A stretch of 64,000 nucleotides of DNA from Clostridiales bacterium (GTDB lineage Bacteria; Bacillota; Clostridia; Christensenellales; UBA1242). Shown here in pieces: positions 51,701 through 61,614 of this stretch; positions within the stretch are counted from its first letter, which is position 1; every line of letters starts with the position of its first letter. The notes under the pieces are model-generated. The model was not told where the DNA came from. It made no database searches and saw only the letters and a list, made by a program, of their open reading frames with translations. The DNA is taken from assembly GCA_003522085.1 (NCBI GenBank), contig DPGI01000009.1:66483-130482 (forward strand), given 5' to 3'. Made by a program: the position numbers and the translations under genes.

Positions 51701-54700
51701 GCGATTCAACATTAAACTTTACTTTTGACATCACAATTAAAAAATACGCAACAGAAGAAAAAGTTGACTTTGCAAACATCAAATATGGAGAATATTATGA
51801 TGAGGACACTGGCAAAACAATAAGCCAAATAGGAGTTGCAGACGAAGACAAAGGTGAAAACTTCGACCCAACAGCGACATATGTTTATTCTGCTTTCCCA
51901 ATCGACCTTAATAAATACGTTAAAGTTAGACTTGGTGAAGCAGACACCGAAGGAAATGTTACATATGTAAATTGGGCAGAAATATATAAAGAAAAACAGG
52001 ATCTTGAAATCAACTCAACAGTGGTTGGAAAAATTGAGAATGGAAAGTTGACATTTAATGATGTTTACGAACCAACACAATACACATTTACTCTTTATGT
52101 TTTAAATGGAAACAAATATGCTTATTATAAAGATTTAACATTTGTTGTATGTCCAAACTTTAAGCTTGTTCAAAAAAACAAAGATTTAAGCGTTAAAAAC
52201 ATAAAGTTAGATAATGACTTCACAAAATATTTTGAGCTAAAAAGAATAACTCTTGGATATGGTACTGTTCAAGCAAATGGCGTAGGCGAAATTACAGGAA
52301 TTTCATCATATGAAGTTTCAAAATATTATCAACTTGATACAAATAAAAAGTTTGTATCTGTTTTGCCTTTAGATTTAGGTTATGGTGAAACATACAAAAC
52401 AATCACAATTTCAGCAAAAACAATTATCAACGAAACCGAAAAAGTTGTAGCAACTTGCTCGGCAAATCTTTCACTTGGATTTAGCATAGTTAATCTTGCA
52501 AGCTTCTCAGATTTGTTTATGCTTGGAAGAACAATAAGACATAACGGCTATGATGCTGTTTGGGTTGACAGAAATAGTGCAACTTTTGTAAAAGATTATA
52601 AGGATACTGAGAGCGGCATAGGTGTAAAACTCAACCCAGTTAAAAATGCTTACACCATCGCCGCAACGCTAATCACCTTTACAAGCGCATCAAACAATGC
52701 GTTGGTGGCTGGCAATTCAGTTTACTTCCAAGTATACTTTACTGACGGAGACAACACACTTGCCACATGGAGAATTCCATTTGTTTGGTCACGTGTGGGA
52801 AGCAAAATTGCATCTTATCCATATGAAACACCTAGCGATTCAAACACAAACAACACCGACTTAAATGACACCCTCAACAACCCTAATAATTTGTTTGTCG
52901 AAGTTGAAGGTGGCAAAACATATTATCTCGTTGCGCCTTTTGAATATTACTTGGAAGAAGGAATTTTAACCATCGTTGAAAGTATTGGCGACGGCGATGG
53001 CGACGGCAAAGACGACGGCGATATAACATACACTTCAGGCGAAACCAGTGGAACTTTCACTTTTAAAGGCGTTTCATTCACGGTTAATGAAAACAATGAA
53101 ATCCAAGCCACAGGCGTAAATGGTGGCAAACCAATTTCAGTTGGAGAAACATTTACAATTACTAAAGACGAAGTTACAACAACTTATTACTATAAAGCAA
53201 TTAACACAACGGACAAGAAAATCACAATTTATAAAGCATACAAGGGAACTAAAAACGAAAGTGGATGCACAATAAATTATAAAGGCGAAGAACCATATAC
53301 TTACACTTACAAAGACAGCATTTTTGGCCAAATGTTAACTTCACTTGGAAATAACGAGTATTTAACAGGTTTGCAACAAACAGATTTTGCAGACGGAACA
53401 GGATATGTCTTTGAAGCTTTAAACAATCAAAAAGTATATTCAATAACAGACAATAAACTTACAATCAACAACATTATTTCTGAAAACGATGTTGACACAT
53501 TCTTCTACATTGTTCAAAAAACAAATAAGGGAAGCGTTGAAAACTTAAGATACAAATTTACTCTTAAAGTTAAACCAAATGCGACAAACTTTGTTAATGT
53601 AACATATCCATTTGGTGGCAGCGCTGAAAACTTAACAGTTGAAAATGGTGATACAACAAATCCACCTATCGATTTAAAAGCAAAATTAGGCGCAGATACT
53701 CAAAATCAAGGCAAACATAGAATTGCAGACATTATTAAAGTCAATGGCATAGATGTCGACATTTCAAAAGATGCAACATTAACTGTTTCACAACTTTTGA
53801 TTGACGGAACGGATTATACTTCAAGCTATGCGGACAACACTAGATTTACAGTTGCATTTGAAATCGTAAAGGACAACGCTACTCAAAAACAAACAAATCT
53901 TAATGTAACTTTTACAAACAAAGCAAATGCAAAAAATATCACAGTAAAATTGTTAAGAGCATATCCAAATGTTTACGGCGCAGATTTTGAATATGTTTTC
54001 TCAATCAATGCAAGCAGTGTTGAATACTTTATTAAATACAACAATGCAAAACCAACAGTCGGTAACCCAGAACCGGGGAAACCAGTGGGTGAATTCACAG
54101 TCGGAACTCGTGATGCGACTTGGAAATTAGCAAATACTACAGACGCTCAAACAGTTAACGTGACAACAAAGCAACGCACTGATTCAGGCGAAAGCAATGT
54201 CGATCCAAACAAAGTGGTAACAGTGTTAACTCATGATGATTTGGGAAAGGGATACACAGTTGAATATAATTACAAAGCAGCAAATCCAACCCTTTCAATC
54301 AAACTTCCAGCATTTAGAGCAAGTGAAATAACAAGAAAAGTTTACTTCTCGGTTGACGGAAAAGTAATTTCAACAATCACGTTAATTATTCCGGCAACCG
54401 TAGTTGCTAAACAAGTTAAACCAACGCTTGATGCTGGTAATGAGTATACAATAACAGATTTGGCTGACGTATCAGAAACTACAGACGCAAAACTAACAAA
54501 AATCGAAATATGCGAAGATAATGATGCTGATGTAAAAAAGTATGTTTCAATAGTTAATAATAAACTCGTTATAAAAAATTCGATTGCTTCTCATGAAATA
54601 AAATTAAAACTCAGCTATACTTACGGGGAAAATACAGGTTTTGTAATATACACCTATGAAATTGCAGCGAACATCAAACCTAAGCAATCTCTTGAAACAC

Positions 54701-57700
54701 AATCGTTAGTTGCGGGAACAGAGTATAAAAAATTATCTTTTACAGATTTACAAGACACAACAAGTGTTTCTGCAAATGGCTTTACATTAGCTTGGACGGC
54801 ACAAGATTCTGGATTGTTTGAAAACATTTCAATGACAAACGATAATAGCGAAAATAGCGGAAATATCAGCATCAAGGCAAATTACGTTGCAATCACAACC
54901 AGCACAACTGTTACATTAACCTTGTCATATGAAAATGGTTTGTTCACGTTTGATGTTAGCGTGCCAATTACAATTTATCCAGCAGTTAAACTTCAAACAA
55001 ACTATCCAAACCCAAGCGCAACTGAAAACTTAACATATGAATCGGTTAAAAGCGGAACAGAAATCAAAAACTTCTTATCATCAGCTGCAGAATTTGCAAG
55101 CGCAGAAAGAATTAAAGCAGCAGCGGCTAATGCCGACGTATCAAATGGCGAATACATAGGCTCATATAACAATGAATATAGCGCATTAATTAACAACGCT
55201 TTAGTAAAAATCATTGAACAACAAAATATGGGTCCAGTTAATTGTGGTGAAAATGCACTATCATCTAGCGCAGAAACAAGCGCAGGAATAAACTCAACGT
55301 TTACATTCACAAAAGGCACAGGCACAGGCACAAGTTATGTAATTTTGCAAGTTAAATATCATGGCGTATCAATCAACTATACCGTTTATGTTTTTGACAA
55401 TGTTGTAAGTGGTTATGTAAACTCTACAATCCATAGAAACGGCGAAGTCGAAACCATATATCAAGATCGTATCAACACCACAGACTTATTCAATAAGTCA
55501 AGATTGCTCAAACTCGAAGTTGGGGCAAGTGCAATCGTTGGCGCAGTTTATTATCCATATAAAGTCACAGTGAATGACGACGGAACATATACCGATCCAA
55601 TTCAACTTTTGCAATTCCAACTTAAATCTGAATATGTTGGCAGAACCATATATGTTGACAGCGGAAAGGATAAACTTACACTTGCTGCAAATCAAACAAT
55701 CGTATTCTTTGCAAAGGCAGGTGCAGACGTAACAAAAGATGCCGTAATGACTGGCGTTACATTTGTTCGCACAGCAGGTAGAGTTGAATATCGTTATGCA
55801 ACAGCCGACGGACAAAGCATTGATATAACAAATGCGGATATGAAAACGGCAGCGACTACAGCAATTCCTAATGCCAACAACACTTATATAGTTGGCTACT
55901 ATATTGGCGAGAAACCTACAAATACAAATGGCTTTAAATCTCAAATCAGCTATCAAGTTGAAATGGGATTAGATATTGATGTTGATCGCAAGTTTGATGC
56001 GAGCAACTCAAATTCGACACCAACGATTATTGAAATCGAAGCTCACAAGGGTGAATATTATCGTTTGGTTGAACAAGCGGGAATTCGTCACCCATCAACC
56101 GGCGAACTTATCACTGCAAAATCACTCGGTGATTCAACAATTTCTTATGAAGTAGTAGATGTAAAAGGCAATGCACAATATGCTAGAAAATTTGACAACT
56201 ATAAAGAATTTAAATACCGAAACTTAAAACATGAAGACTATCTCAAGTTGCACGATATTGCAGAAGACGTTGGTGGCAAGAAAATTTACGACTACTATTT
56301 GTTTGGACTTGGTTGTGCAGCCGATGGCGATTATGTTTTGCTTAAAATAATTTATACAAATGGTGGTGAGCACCAAAATTTCTTTGTTGCAATCAAGATT
56401 GTTCCTGACTATGAAATCACTCTTGCGGGTGAAAAATACGAACCTGTTGTTGAAAATAATAGCGCATATGTAACAAACAAAGATAAACCTTATGTGTTTA
56501 CTCCTGTTAAGACTACCACAACTACAACAGAAGGCGAAAGCACAACTACAACCACAACCTACAAAGAAATGACACTTGCGGCTAGCGGTTCAGGCGAACA
56601 ACTCATTTCTGCAATCAGAACAAACTGGAACTCAACAAACATTGCTTACAGTTTTGACTATGTGCTTACACAACAAGAAAACAGTGAATACAACACTGAG
56701 GCAAATCTTACTAAGTTGCGATTAAAGGATAATGGTTGGGGAGAGTCGTCTCCATATAAACCTAACTCGACAACAATTAAATTTGCTCCTGCAGAAGTTG
56801 TGTTTGGTGTAAAACAATATTTTGTTGAAATTACTGATGATTATGGCTACAAGATTATGTTCTATTTCAATCTTGTTCCTGCAGACGATCAAACACCAAC
56901 AGTTTATGAAGCAGTTTCAACCTTAAACTTTATTGAAGGCGAGGATTTTGATATCGGACTTGTTTATGATGCAATTTCAATCAATGAAGTCAAAGATGAA
57001 ACAACAGAAACAACAGAAACAACAGAAACAACAGAGCAAACGCCGAAAACGGCTGAAATCGAATACAACAAAGCGCCAGAAAGCGATGCAATCAAAAAGA
57101 TTATTCTTCAAAACATTGATGCATGGGGACTTACAACAAACTATACAGCAAGTTTAAACGGCATATCGGGATTGACTGATAAATATCAAACGGCCCCTAA
57201 ATTCCATGATGTGACAGTCAAAGACGTTACTTTCAAATATGAAAGCGACAAAGGAGTTTCGGCAGGCTCGGTGGATGTAAACAAATACAAAGAATTTTCT
57301 TTAGGATCGGGCGGTGCTGTAAAAGTTGGTTCATATTATTCTTATAATGGTGTGACTTACTTAACACAATACAATGGAACAAAAGTATCGCTGTCTACCA
57401 CTTTAACAGGGGAAATAACCGGAACTACAACTGGAGAAGGTGAATCTGCAACTACAACTTACACTTGGAAAACCCCAAACATAGTCAATAATCAGGGTGC
57501 AGAAATGGTTAATGGTAAAATTAAAATCAAAGTAGGCGAATCTTTATATGGAGAAGGCGGCACCATTAAAATCGACGTTGACGGCAACATCTATACAACA
57601 TATTTCGTTGAAAAGATTGAATATAATGAAAGCACTAAGAAAGGCACGGTTGTTTTAAAGGCTACTTATGAGCCTGATGGCAACAATTATTATCTTGGGT

Positions 57701-59334
57701 TTGACATCACTGGAACTACTGGAACTGTCAGAGAAGTAGAAAAGAGTGAAGAAGATAAGAAGAAAGGCACAATTCTTGCAACAGATGCATTGTATTGGCC
57801 TAGTGCAAACGATAAATACAGAACTTTAAGTGCGGGATATTATAAGGTTCCTTACATGGATGGCTGGATTTATGGAACATCGGACACAACTCAAATTTCT
57901 ATTTTGATAACCTTGACCTATAAAGCGACGGTAAAAAGCCAAGAGGAAAGCTGCGTAGTAGTTTACAACGCAAATATTACAAAGAAAGCTAAGTTTAATT
58001 CGACAGCGAAAGTAATTACAGATGGTCAGGAATTTACTTTAGCTCAATATATTGACATAACGGAAGGTGAAAATAAGGGTAGCGATAATAAAAAATACTA
58101 TGATGATACAATAGCAGTTACAATTCCTGCACAAGGACAAGTAGTGTTGTCAGTTAGCATTTGTGAAGATAGAACAAAGTTAACATCTTGGAAGAATTAT
58201 ATGTTGATTAGAAACAATACTTCAACAACAAGCCAAAGAACTGATTTCATTAGCATTTCAGAGATATATGGAAAAACTATTGATTTCAAAACAGGTGTTC
58301 GCGTTTCATGGGTTGGCCCTGATGGTTCATCAGTATATTATGCTACACAACCAGTGGCAAGTCCAACAGGTAGCATAACCATAGAGAACACAGCCTATAA
58401 TTATAAGATTCTTAAACTACAAGAAGGAACAGAAACCAAATACAAGCTTGCTATGATAAAAGAAGTTAATGAAAATAGCGCATGGCGTATGGTTGATAAC
58501 TATTCAGGATCTAAAGTAGTGCTGAATGATAAAACTTATGAAGTTGGATTTGATATTCAGGCAGCCATACCAGCAGGAGTTAATCAACAAGCACAGCCGG
58601 AAAAGGTTAAATTGAAACTAGACAATACGTTGAATCAAGAAGAAGAACACATGTATCCACAACAGACGTTGGCAACTTATGACCATATTACAACGGATAT
58701 TCTTTACATTGAAAGTGCTGAAAGAATCCCTTCACAGACAAGCGTTACTGACGTTTATCAATACAGCATTACAAAGAGTTATATAATTAAAGCTAATGGA
58801 ACTTATTATCAATATAAACATAACTTTATCATGACTCCTAAATATGCTTACTTCGACAACGGCTTAGGTCAAGAAGTTGTTAAAGAGATTCATAAGAATA
58901 ATTGGGAGTATGATAACGCTAAAGGCTATACTGTTAATTTGGCAGATTGGGCAAAGGGAAAAACAGATAAATATTCTGATGTCACAGTAGCGCCCGCCGC
59001 TTTAGAAAAATCAATAGTAGAGAAGGGCGATACAGTTAAACTAATGACAATTATCAAACCCAATACCACAACATCTGCACTTGAATTTACCATCGGTAAA
59101 GATGGAACAAGCTATACTGATGCTACTATTGATCCAATTACAGGAACGATTACGACGGGTTCTCATTATGAGTTGAATAAAAACCAATACATCTTGATCA
59201 GAATTTGGATTAAGGCTTCAGGTGGACCAAATGGCAACTTCGATGGCAAAAAGTATGGTAATGCAAATTACAAGAAACTTCTTGGAGAGCTTAGAATCTA
59301 TCTGACTGGCTCAACAAATACTTCAAATCCTTAA
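48721..59334 (+). CDS. giant N-terminally anchored surface protein, function unknown (3537 aa)
   Basis: A single uninterrupted 10.6-kb ORF with a GGAGAT RBS. N-terminal TM WQLILILVSVIVLAIGGSFLAVYL. Composition is rich in Thr/Asn/Tyr/Val/Lys and looks beta-rich. Thr-run spacers are present. No C-terminal sorting signal and no motif I can name. Confidence 0.85.
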   Translation: MKLKAPKTWQLILILVSVIVLAIGGSFLAVYLKTGFKPEVTPPESIEINDVDGVYNLSTTQYEAVKQFRLKITTPTENVTQNEITLSFASGVSVTTTEDGKISDGIIIVPQKVKMNEEFYVQLVQEAYLDSNSDEHILNKGGISHLIVTTQNNTLTSSQIQVAVDKPVGEIKLEAYNATTGDKLTADGANKISQGTNFVLKPTFYPEASQYMFSDDKNDAATTKRQKDIYYESASSNEGITLNYNDGDIYFVAGNETSAGNIINAYTFASAEDQAEFYANNSELAGLPLYTEAIRVLSTAEKAIKTQIKVDVVEANVGSFSIKPTAGSPFEFTVNKLFRISAGSSALAEKEISIRIRDIHDNDLSSMIKNVGLRIISIKDTNSGLDIVNDLSNFVTVKGGAIKIYDEKEYVLINSNVKNLNHAYWEISTNGEYEIVAEIKLFVQDENGDTHIFDNATERKVYMQSKENVESDIYWETGIVESGISMTIVYDKNGNVLSSEYKDDLRTISHVPSTNVYTKRVFFAYYDAAFPDGKDMGDYVAVTDDGAGMYTISSGETKKLYPLLNSYQLVAKEAIDFNLVFATVRTDAYGNPIMNASGTYTLEKISSKVLVSVKKTLQGFKSVVIDSIDEKYFVENRGYYAIPTGVENAFELKLTLKEASDAAIFENEKSKISFYASKDIAGKDRVGSDVFEFGEMTLAGGVVTIPVKTKADVNIAEKLGTKFFVRVEYNNSVAILDWTAQPADGDKQAGVVVYNQRPDGISNDFLENQTFNVTQTMTNTGSSEITIRGGKIAEPGYIGENAINQFAELINGENYTIITDVYGRAFKYDYTISSSNSKIVIADNNEKKITFGTGTEDGIIVTITAGSKSFNFTLNVSTTGVTGIKVDGKDQDNLANPKYSLDGKVEKDASGNYKEIVLKNTAGEGARNGLLDVFVSSGLYDPSYYTIKLKDEPSQALTEMITFEYGNTTTEIKSFKIKENFADDVTISFVATNSDSTLNFTFDITIKKYATEEKVDFANIKYGEYYDEDTGKTISQIGVADEDKGENFDPTATYVYSAFPIDLNKYVKVRLGEADTEGNVTYVNWAEIYKEKQDLEINSTVVGKIENGKLTFNDVYEPTQYTFTLYVLNGNKYAYYKDLTFVVCPNFKLVQKNKDLSVKNIKLDNDFTKYFELKRITLGYGTVQANGVGEITGISSYEVSKYYQLDTNKKFVSVLPLDLGYGETYKTITISAKTIINETEKVVATCSANLSLGFSIVNLASFSDLFMLGRTIRHNGYDAVWVDRNSATFVKDYKDTESGIGVKLNPVKNAYTIAATLITFTSASNNALVAGNSVYFQVYFTDGDNTLATWRIPFVWSRVGSKIASYPYETPSDSNTNNTDLNDTLNNPNNLFVEVEGGKTYYLVAPFEYYLEEGILTIVESIGDGDGDGKDDGDITYTSGETSGTFTFKGVSFTVNENNEIQATGVNGGKPISVGETFTITKDEVTTTYYYKAINTTDKKITIYKAYKGTKNESGCTINYKGEEPYTYTYKDSIFGQMLTSLGNNEYLTGLQQTDFADGTGYVFEALNNQKVYSITDNKLTINNIISENDVDTFFYIVQKTNKGSVENLRYKFTLKVKPNATNFVNVTYPFGGSAENLTVENGDTTNPPIDLKAKLGADTQNQGKHRIADIIKVNGIDVDISKDATLTVSQLLIDGTDYTSSYADNTRFTVAFEIVKDNATQKQTNLNVTFTNKANAKNITVKLLRAYPNVYGADFEYVFSINASSVEYFIKYNNAKPTVGNPEPGKPVGEFTVGTRDATWKLANTTDAQTVNVTTKQRTDSGESNVDPNKVVTVLTHDDLGKGYTVEYNYKAANPTLSIKLPAFRASEITRKVYFSVDGKVISTITLIIPATVVAKQVKPTLDAGNEYTITDLADVSETTDAKLTKIEICEDNDADVKKYVSIVNNKLVIKNSIASHEIKLKLSYTYGENTGFVIYTYEIAANIKPKQSLETQSLVAGTEYKKLSFTDLQDTTSVSANGFTLAWTAQDSGLFENISMTNDNSENSGNISIKANYVAITTSTTVTLTLSYENGLFTFDVSVPITIYPAVKLQTNYPNPSATENLTYESVKSGTEIKNFLSSAAEFASAERIKAAAANADVSNGEYIGSYNNEYSALINNALVKIIEQQNMGPVNCGENALSSSAETSAGINSTFTFTKGTGTGTSYVILQVKYHGVSINYTVYVFDNVVSGYVNSTIHRNGEVETIYQDRINTTDLFNKSRLLKLEVGASAIVGAVYYPYKVTVNDDGTYTDPIQLLQFQLKSEYVGRTIYVDSGKDKLTLAANQTIVFFAKAGADVTKDAVMTGVTFVRTAGRVEYRYATADGQSIDITNADMKTAATTAIPNANNTYIVGYYIGEKPTNTNGFKSQISYQVEMGLDIDVDRKFDASNSNSTPTIIEIEAHKGEYYRLVEQAGIRHPSTGELITAKSLGDSTISYEVVDVKGNAQYARKFDNYKEFKYRNLKHEDYLKLHDIAEDVGGKKIYDYYLFGLGCAADGDYVLLKIIYTNGGEHQNFFVAIKIVPDYEITLAGEKYEPVVENNSAYVTNKDKPYVFTPVKTTTTTTEGESTTTTTTYKEMTLAASGSGEQLISAIRTNWNSTNIAYSFDYVLTQQENSEYNTEANLTKLRLKDNGWGESSPYKPNSTTIKFAPAEVVFGVKQYFVEITDDYGYKIMFYFNLVPADDQTPTVYEAVSTLNFIEGEDFDIGLVYDAISINEVKDETTETTETTETTEQTPKTAEIEYNKAPESDAIKKIILQNIDAWGLTTNYTASLNGISGLTDKYQTAPKFHDVTVKDVTFKYESDKGVSAGSVDVNKYKEFSLGSGGAVKVGSYYSYNGVTYLTQYNGTKVSLSTTLTGEITGTTTGEGESATTTYTWKTPNIVNNQGAEMVNGKIKIKVGESLYGEGGTIKIDVDGNIYTTYFVEKIEYNESTKKGTVVLKATYEPDGNNYYLGFDITGTTGTVREVEKSEEDKKKGTILATDALYWPSANDKYRTLSAGYYKVPYMDGWIYGTSDTTQISILITLTYKATVKSQEESCVVVYNANITKKAKFNSTAKVITDGQEFTLAQYIDITEGENKGSDNKKYYDDTIAVTIPAQGQVVLSVSICEDRTKLTSWKNYMLIRNNTSTTSQRTDFISISEIYGKTIDFKTGVRVSWVGPDGSSVYYATQPVASPTGSITIENTAYNYKILKLQEGTETKYKLAMIKEVNENSAWRMVDNYSGSKVVLNDKTYEVGFDIQAAIPAGVNQQAQPEKVKLKLDNTLNQEEEHMYPQQTLATYDHITTDILYIESAERIPSQTSVTDVYQYSITKSYIIKANGTYYQYKHNFIMTPKYAYFDNGLGQEVVKEIHKNNWEYDNAKGYTVNLADWAKGKTDKYSDVTVAPAALEKSIVEKGDTVKLMTIIKPNTTTSALEFTIGKDGTSYTDATIDPITGTITTGSHYELNKNQYILIRIWIKASGGPNGNFDGKKYGNANYKKLLGELRIYLTGSTNTSNP
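57001..57036 (+). repeat. 9-nt tandem repeat (ACAACAGAA x3 plus ACAACAGAG) encoding (TTE)4 inside the giant gene
   Basis: Read directly: acaacagaa acaacagaa acaacagaa acaacagag. Confidence 0.9.
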
Positions 59335-59342
59335 CAACAAAA

Positions 59343-59374
59343 ATGTCAAAGCAAAAATGCTTTGGCATTTTTTT
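59343..59374 (+). terminator. intrinsic terminator after the giant gene
   Basis: ATGTCAAAGC / GCTTTGGCAT stem (10 bp, one G-U), 6-nt loop, T7. Confidence 0.72.
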
Positions 59375-60854
59375 GAAAAAAGTATATACTATTTTTATGC
59401 ATTGGATTTCTTGGGTATTTTTAGGATTTGGTGTAGTTGGCATTGTAAACCTATTGTTGTTGATAGGGATGGTTTTTCTCGAAAAGAAAAAGCCACAAAC
59501 TATCATGGCGTGGATGGCGATTTTAACATTCTTGCCCATTATCGGATTCGTATTTTATATGTTGCTGGGCAGTGGGCTGAGCCATCGTGTCAAAAGCATG
59601 ATTAAAAAGAAAGCAATTTCTGAAAAAGACGTTTTGAAAAACATTAAAGGATTGAAAACTTTTTCGGAAGTTATTGGGCTTAAGGTGTTAAGTCGCGACG
59701 CCGAACTTGTTAAACTTTGCTTTGACATGGGCGGATATCCTTGTATTGGCAACGACGTAAAAATCTTCTGCCATGGCATGGAGAAAATGGCTATTTTAAA
59801 ACAAGACCTTTTAGAAGCTAAGAAATCGATCAACCTTGAATACTATATTTTCGCCAACGACAGGATTGGAAAAGAAATTATGGGCATTCTTATCAAAAAG
59901 GCGAAAGATGGAGTGAAGGTTAAACTTATTTATGACTCAATCGGAAGCAAGAAGAGCTCACGCAGATTTTTCAAGAAACTTGAAAAGGCTGGTGGCGAAG
60001 TTGCGGAATTTTTCCCACCTTTCTTACACGTTCGTTCAATAAATTTGAAAGTAAACTATCGAAATCACAGGAAGATTGCGGTTATTGATGGCAAAATTGC
60101 TTACACGGGCGGAATAAACATCCGTGATGACCATATGGGAATGAAGAAAAAACTTTCACCTTGGCGCGATGCAAGCATACGTATCGAAGGCAGTGGCGTA
60201 TATCCACTTCAAAACATATTCTTGGATGATTGGCGTTATGCTAAAAAAGATGAAACGCCTGTTGAAAAATATCTCAAATTTTATTTCCCTGTGCCAGAAC
60301 CAAAGGGCGACGTCGCTTTGCAGGTGCTGACATCTGGACCTGACAGCGAGTTACAAAAGATTAAAGAAGCTTACATTAAAATGATTGTAAGTGCAAAGAA
60401 AAGGGTTTATTTGCAGACTCCATATTTTGTGCCTGACGATGCGTTTATGTCGGCGCTTACGATTGCGAAAAAGAGTGGGGTTGATGTTCGAATTATGTTG
60501 CCTGCAAAGCCTGACAAGCGCGCCGTTTATTTGCCAACGCTTTCATATGCAAGAGAAATGGCGGAAGTGGGCATTAAGATTTATTTTTACAATGGATTTT
60601 TGCACGCAAAAACGCTGCTTGTCGACGACAACAAATTGTCGATTGGAAGTTGCAATCTTGACAACCGCTCGTTTGGGCTTAACTTTGAGTGCACGGCGAT
60701 TATGTATAGCGAAGAATTGACGAAAAAATATCTTGAATTCTTGGAAGAAGATTTTATGAATTCAGTTGTCGCAGATGAAGCATACTTTAAAAAGATTCCG
60801 CTTTTAACCAAAATGGGGCAAGCGTTTTATAGAATGCTTTCGCCGCTGCTTTAA
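59343..60854 (+). CDS. cls: cardiolipin synthase (PLD superfamily)
   Basis: Two N-terminal TM segments and two HKD motifs (NHRKIAVIDG; LHAKTLLVDD). The ATG at 59343 lies inside the upstream terminator stem, so the ATG at 59397 (MHWISWVF...) is an equally plausible start. Confidence 0.88.
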   Translation: MSKQKCFGIFLKKVYTIFMHWISWVFLGFGVVGIVNLLLLIGMVFLEKKKPQTIMAWMAILTFLPIIGFVFYMLLGSGLSHRVKSMIKKKAISEKDVLKNIKGLKTFSEVIGLKVLSRDAELVKLCFDMGGYPCIGNDVKIFCHGMEKMAILKQDLLEAKKSINLEYYIFANDRIGKEIMGILIKKAKDGVKVKLIYDSIGSKKSSRRFFKKLEKAGGEVAEFFPPFLHVRSINLKVNYRNHRKIAVIDGKIAYTGGINIRDDHMGMKKKLSPWRDASIRIEGSGVYPLQNIFLDDWRYAKKDETPVEKYLKFYFPVPEPKGDVALQVLTSGPDSELQKIKEAYIKMIVSAKKRVYLQTPYFVPDDAFMSALTIAKKSGVDVRIMLPAKPDKRAVYLPTLSYAREMAEVGIKIYFYNGFLHAKTLLVDDNKLSIGSCNLDNRSFGLNFECTAIMYSEELTKKYLEFLEEDFMNSVVADEAYFKKIPLLTKMGQAFYRMLSPLL

Positions 60855-60903
60855 AATTTGCTTATTGCGCCTTTATTGATTTTTACAACCACAGGAGGCA
60901 AAA

Positions 60904-61539
60904 ATGAACTATTTAGATATAAAAAAATCAAAATTTTACAACGAAACTTACAAAGAGATTGAAGAGCTGAAAAAGAACTTTCCTGTCAATCATGGATTTA
61001 AACATGTAAATCATGTGATAGAGTATGCTAAAAGTTTGGCAAATCTTTACAATCTTAATAATCAACAAAGAAAGTTATTGTATATTGCATGCGCTTTGCA
61101 TGATGTGGGCTATATAAAAGGAAGAGAAGAACACGCGGCAAGCGGCAGTGAAATTGCAAGAGAATTTCTTGCAAACAGTGATTTAAAACCGCAAGAGATT
61201 GATGTTGTGTGTAATGCCATTGCGAGCCACGGCGGGAAAAAGAGAGAGGATTTTTTAGATCCCGTTTCGAGATGTTTAGCGATTGCAGACAAAATGGACT
61301 TTACTAGAAGACGTTATGATTTAAAAAATATGGCGCATGACCATGTATTTAAAACGATTTTAGAGACAGATTTGCGTATTGAAGATGATTGTTACAACTT
61401 TGACATAATCGCATCGTCTGATTTTAAAAAAGATGAATTTAACGACGATTATTTCGGTGCGAAACTAAATAGATTTTTAGGGTTGCTGAGCGGAACGTTT
61501 GGCATGACTTACAAAATTAACTTTATAATCAAAAAATAG
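60904..61539 (+). CDS. HD-domain phosphohydrolase
   Basis: HGFKHVNHV ... ACALHDVGY ... SHGG. AGGAGG RBS. Confidence 0.75.
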   Translation: MNYLDIKKSKFYNETYKEIEELKKNFPVNHGFKHVNHVIEYAKSLANLYNLNNQQRKLLYIACALHDVGYIKGREEHAASGSEIAREFLANSDLKPQEIDVVCNAIASHGGKKREDFLDPVSRCLAIADKMDFTRRRYDLKNMAHDHVFKTILETDLRIEDDCYNFDIIASSDFKKDEFNDDYFGAKLNRFLGLLSGTFGMTYKINFIIKK

Positions 61540-61563
61540 AAAAGATAGAAAAATTAGAGCAAA

Positions 61564-61593
61564 CAAAAAACAGACCGTTGGGTCTGTTTTTTG
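61564..61593. terminator. bidirectional terminator between convergent genes
   Basis: ACAGACC / GGTCTGT stem, loop GTTG, A-run on the left and T-run on the right. Confidence 0.72.
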
Positions 61594-61614
61594 TTTGTAG
61601 TGAATGGAGAAGAG

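Noticed and set aside
57001-57036. Tandem repeat considered as a CRISPR-like or satellite array
   Set aside because: The unit is only 9 nt with no spacers, is in-frame and lies inside a CDS. It is a coding micro-repeat, not a CRISPR array. I saw no CRISPR-like repeat-spacer structure anywhere in the window.
48721-59334. Numerous 60-150-aa antisense or off-frame ORFs within the giant gene (and similarly within nrdD, the 955-aa gene, PBP, glyQS and ABC-F)
   Set aside because: Each is nested inside a much longer, motif-supported or uninterrupted ORF. None has an RBS or recognisable motif.
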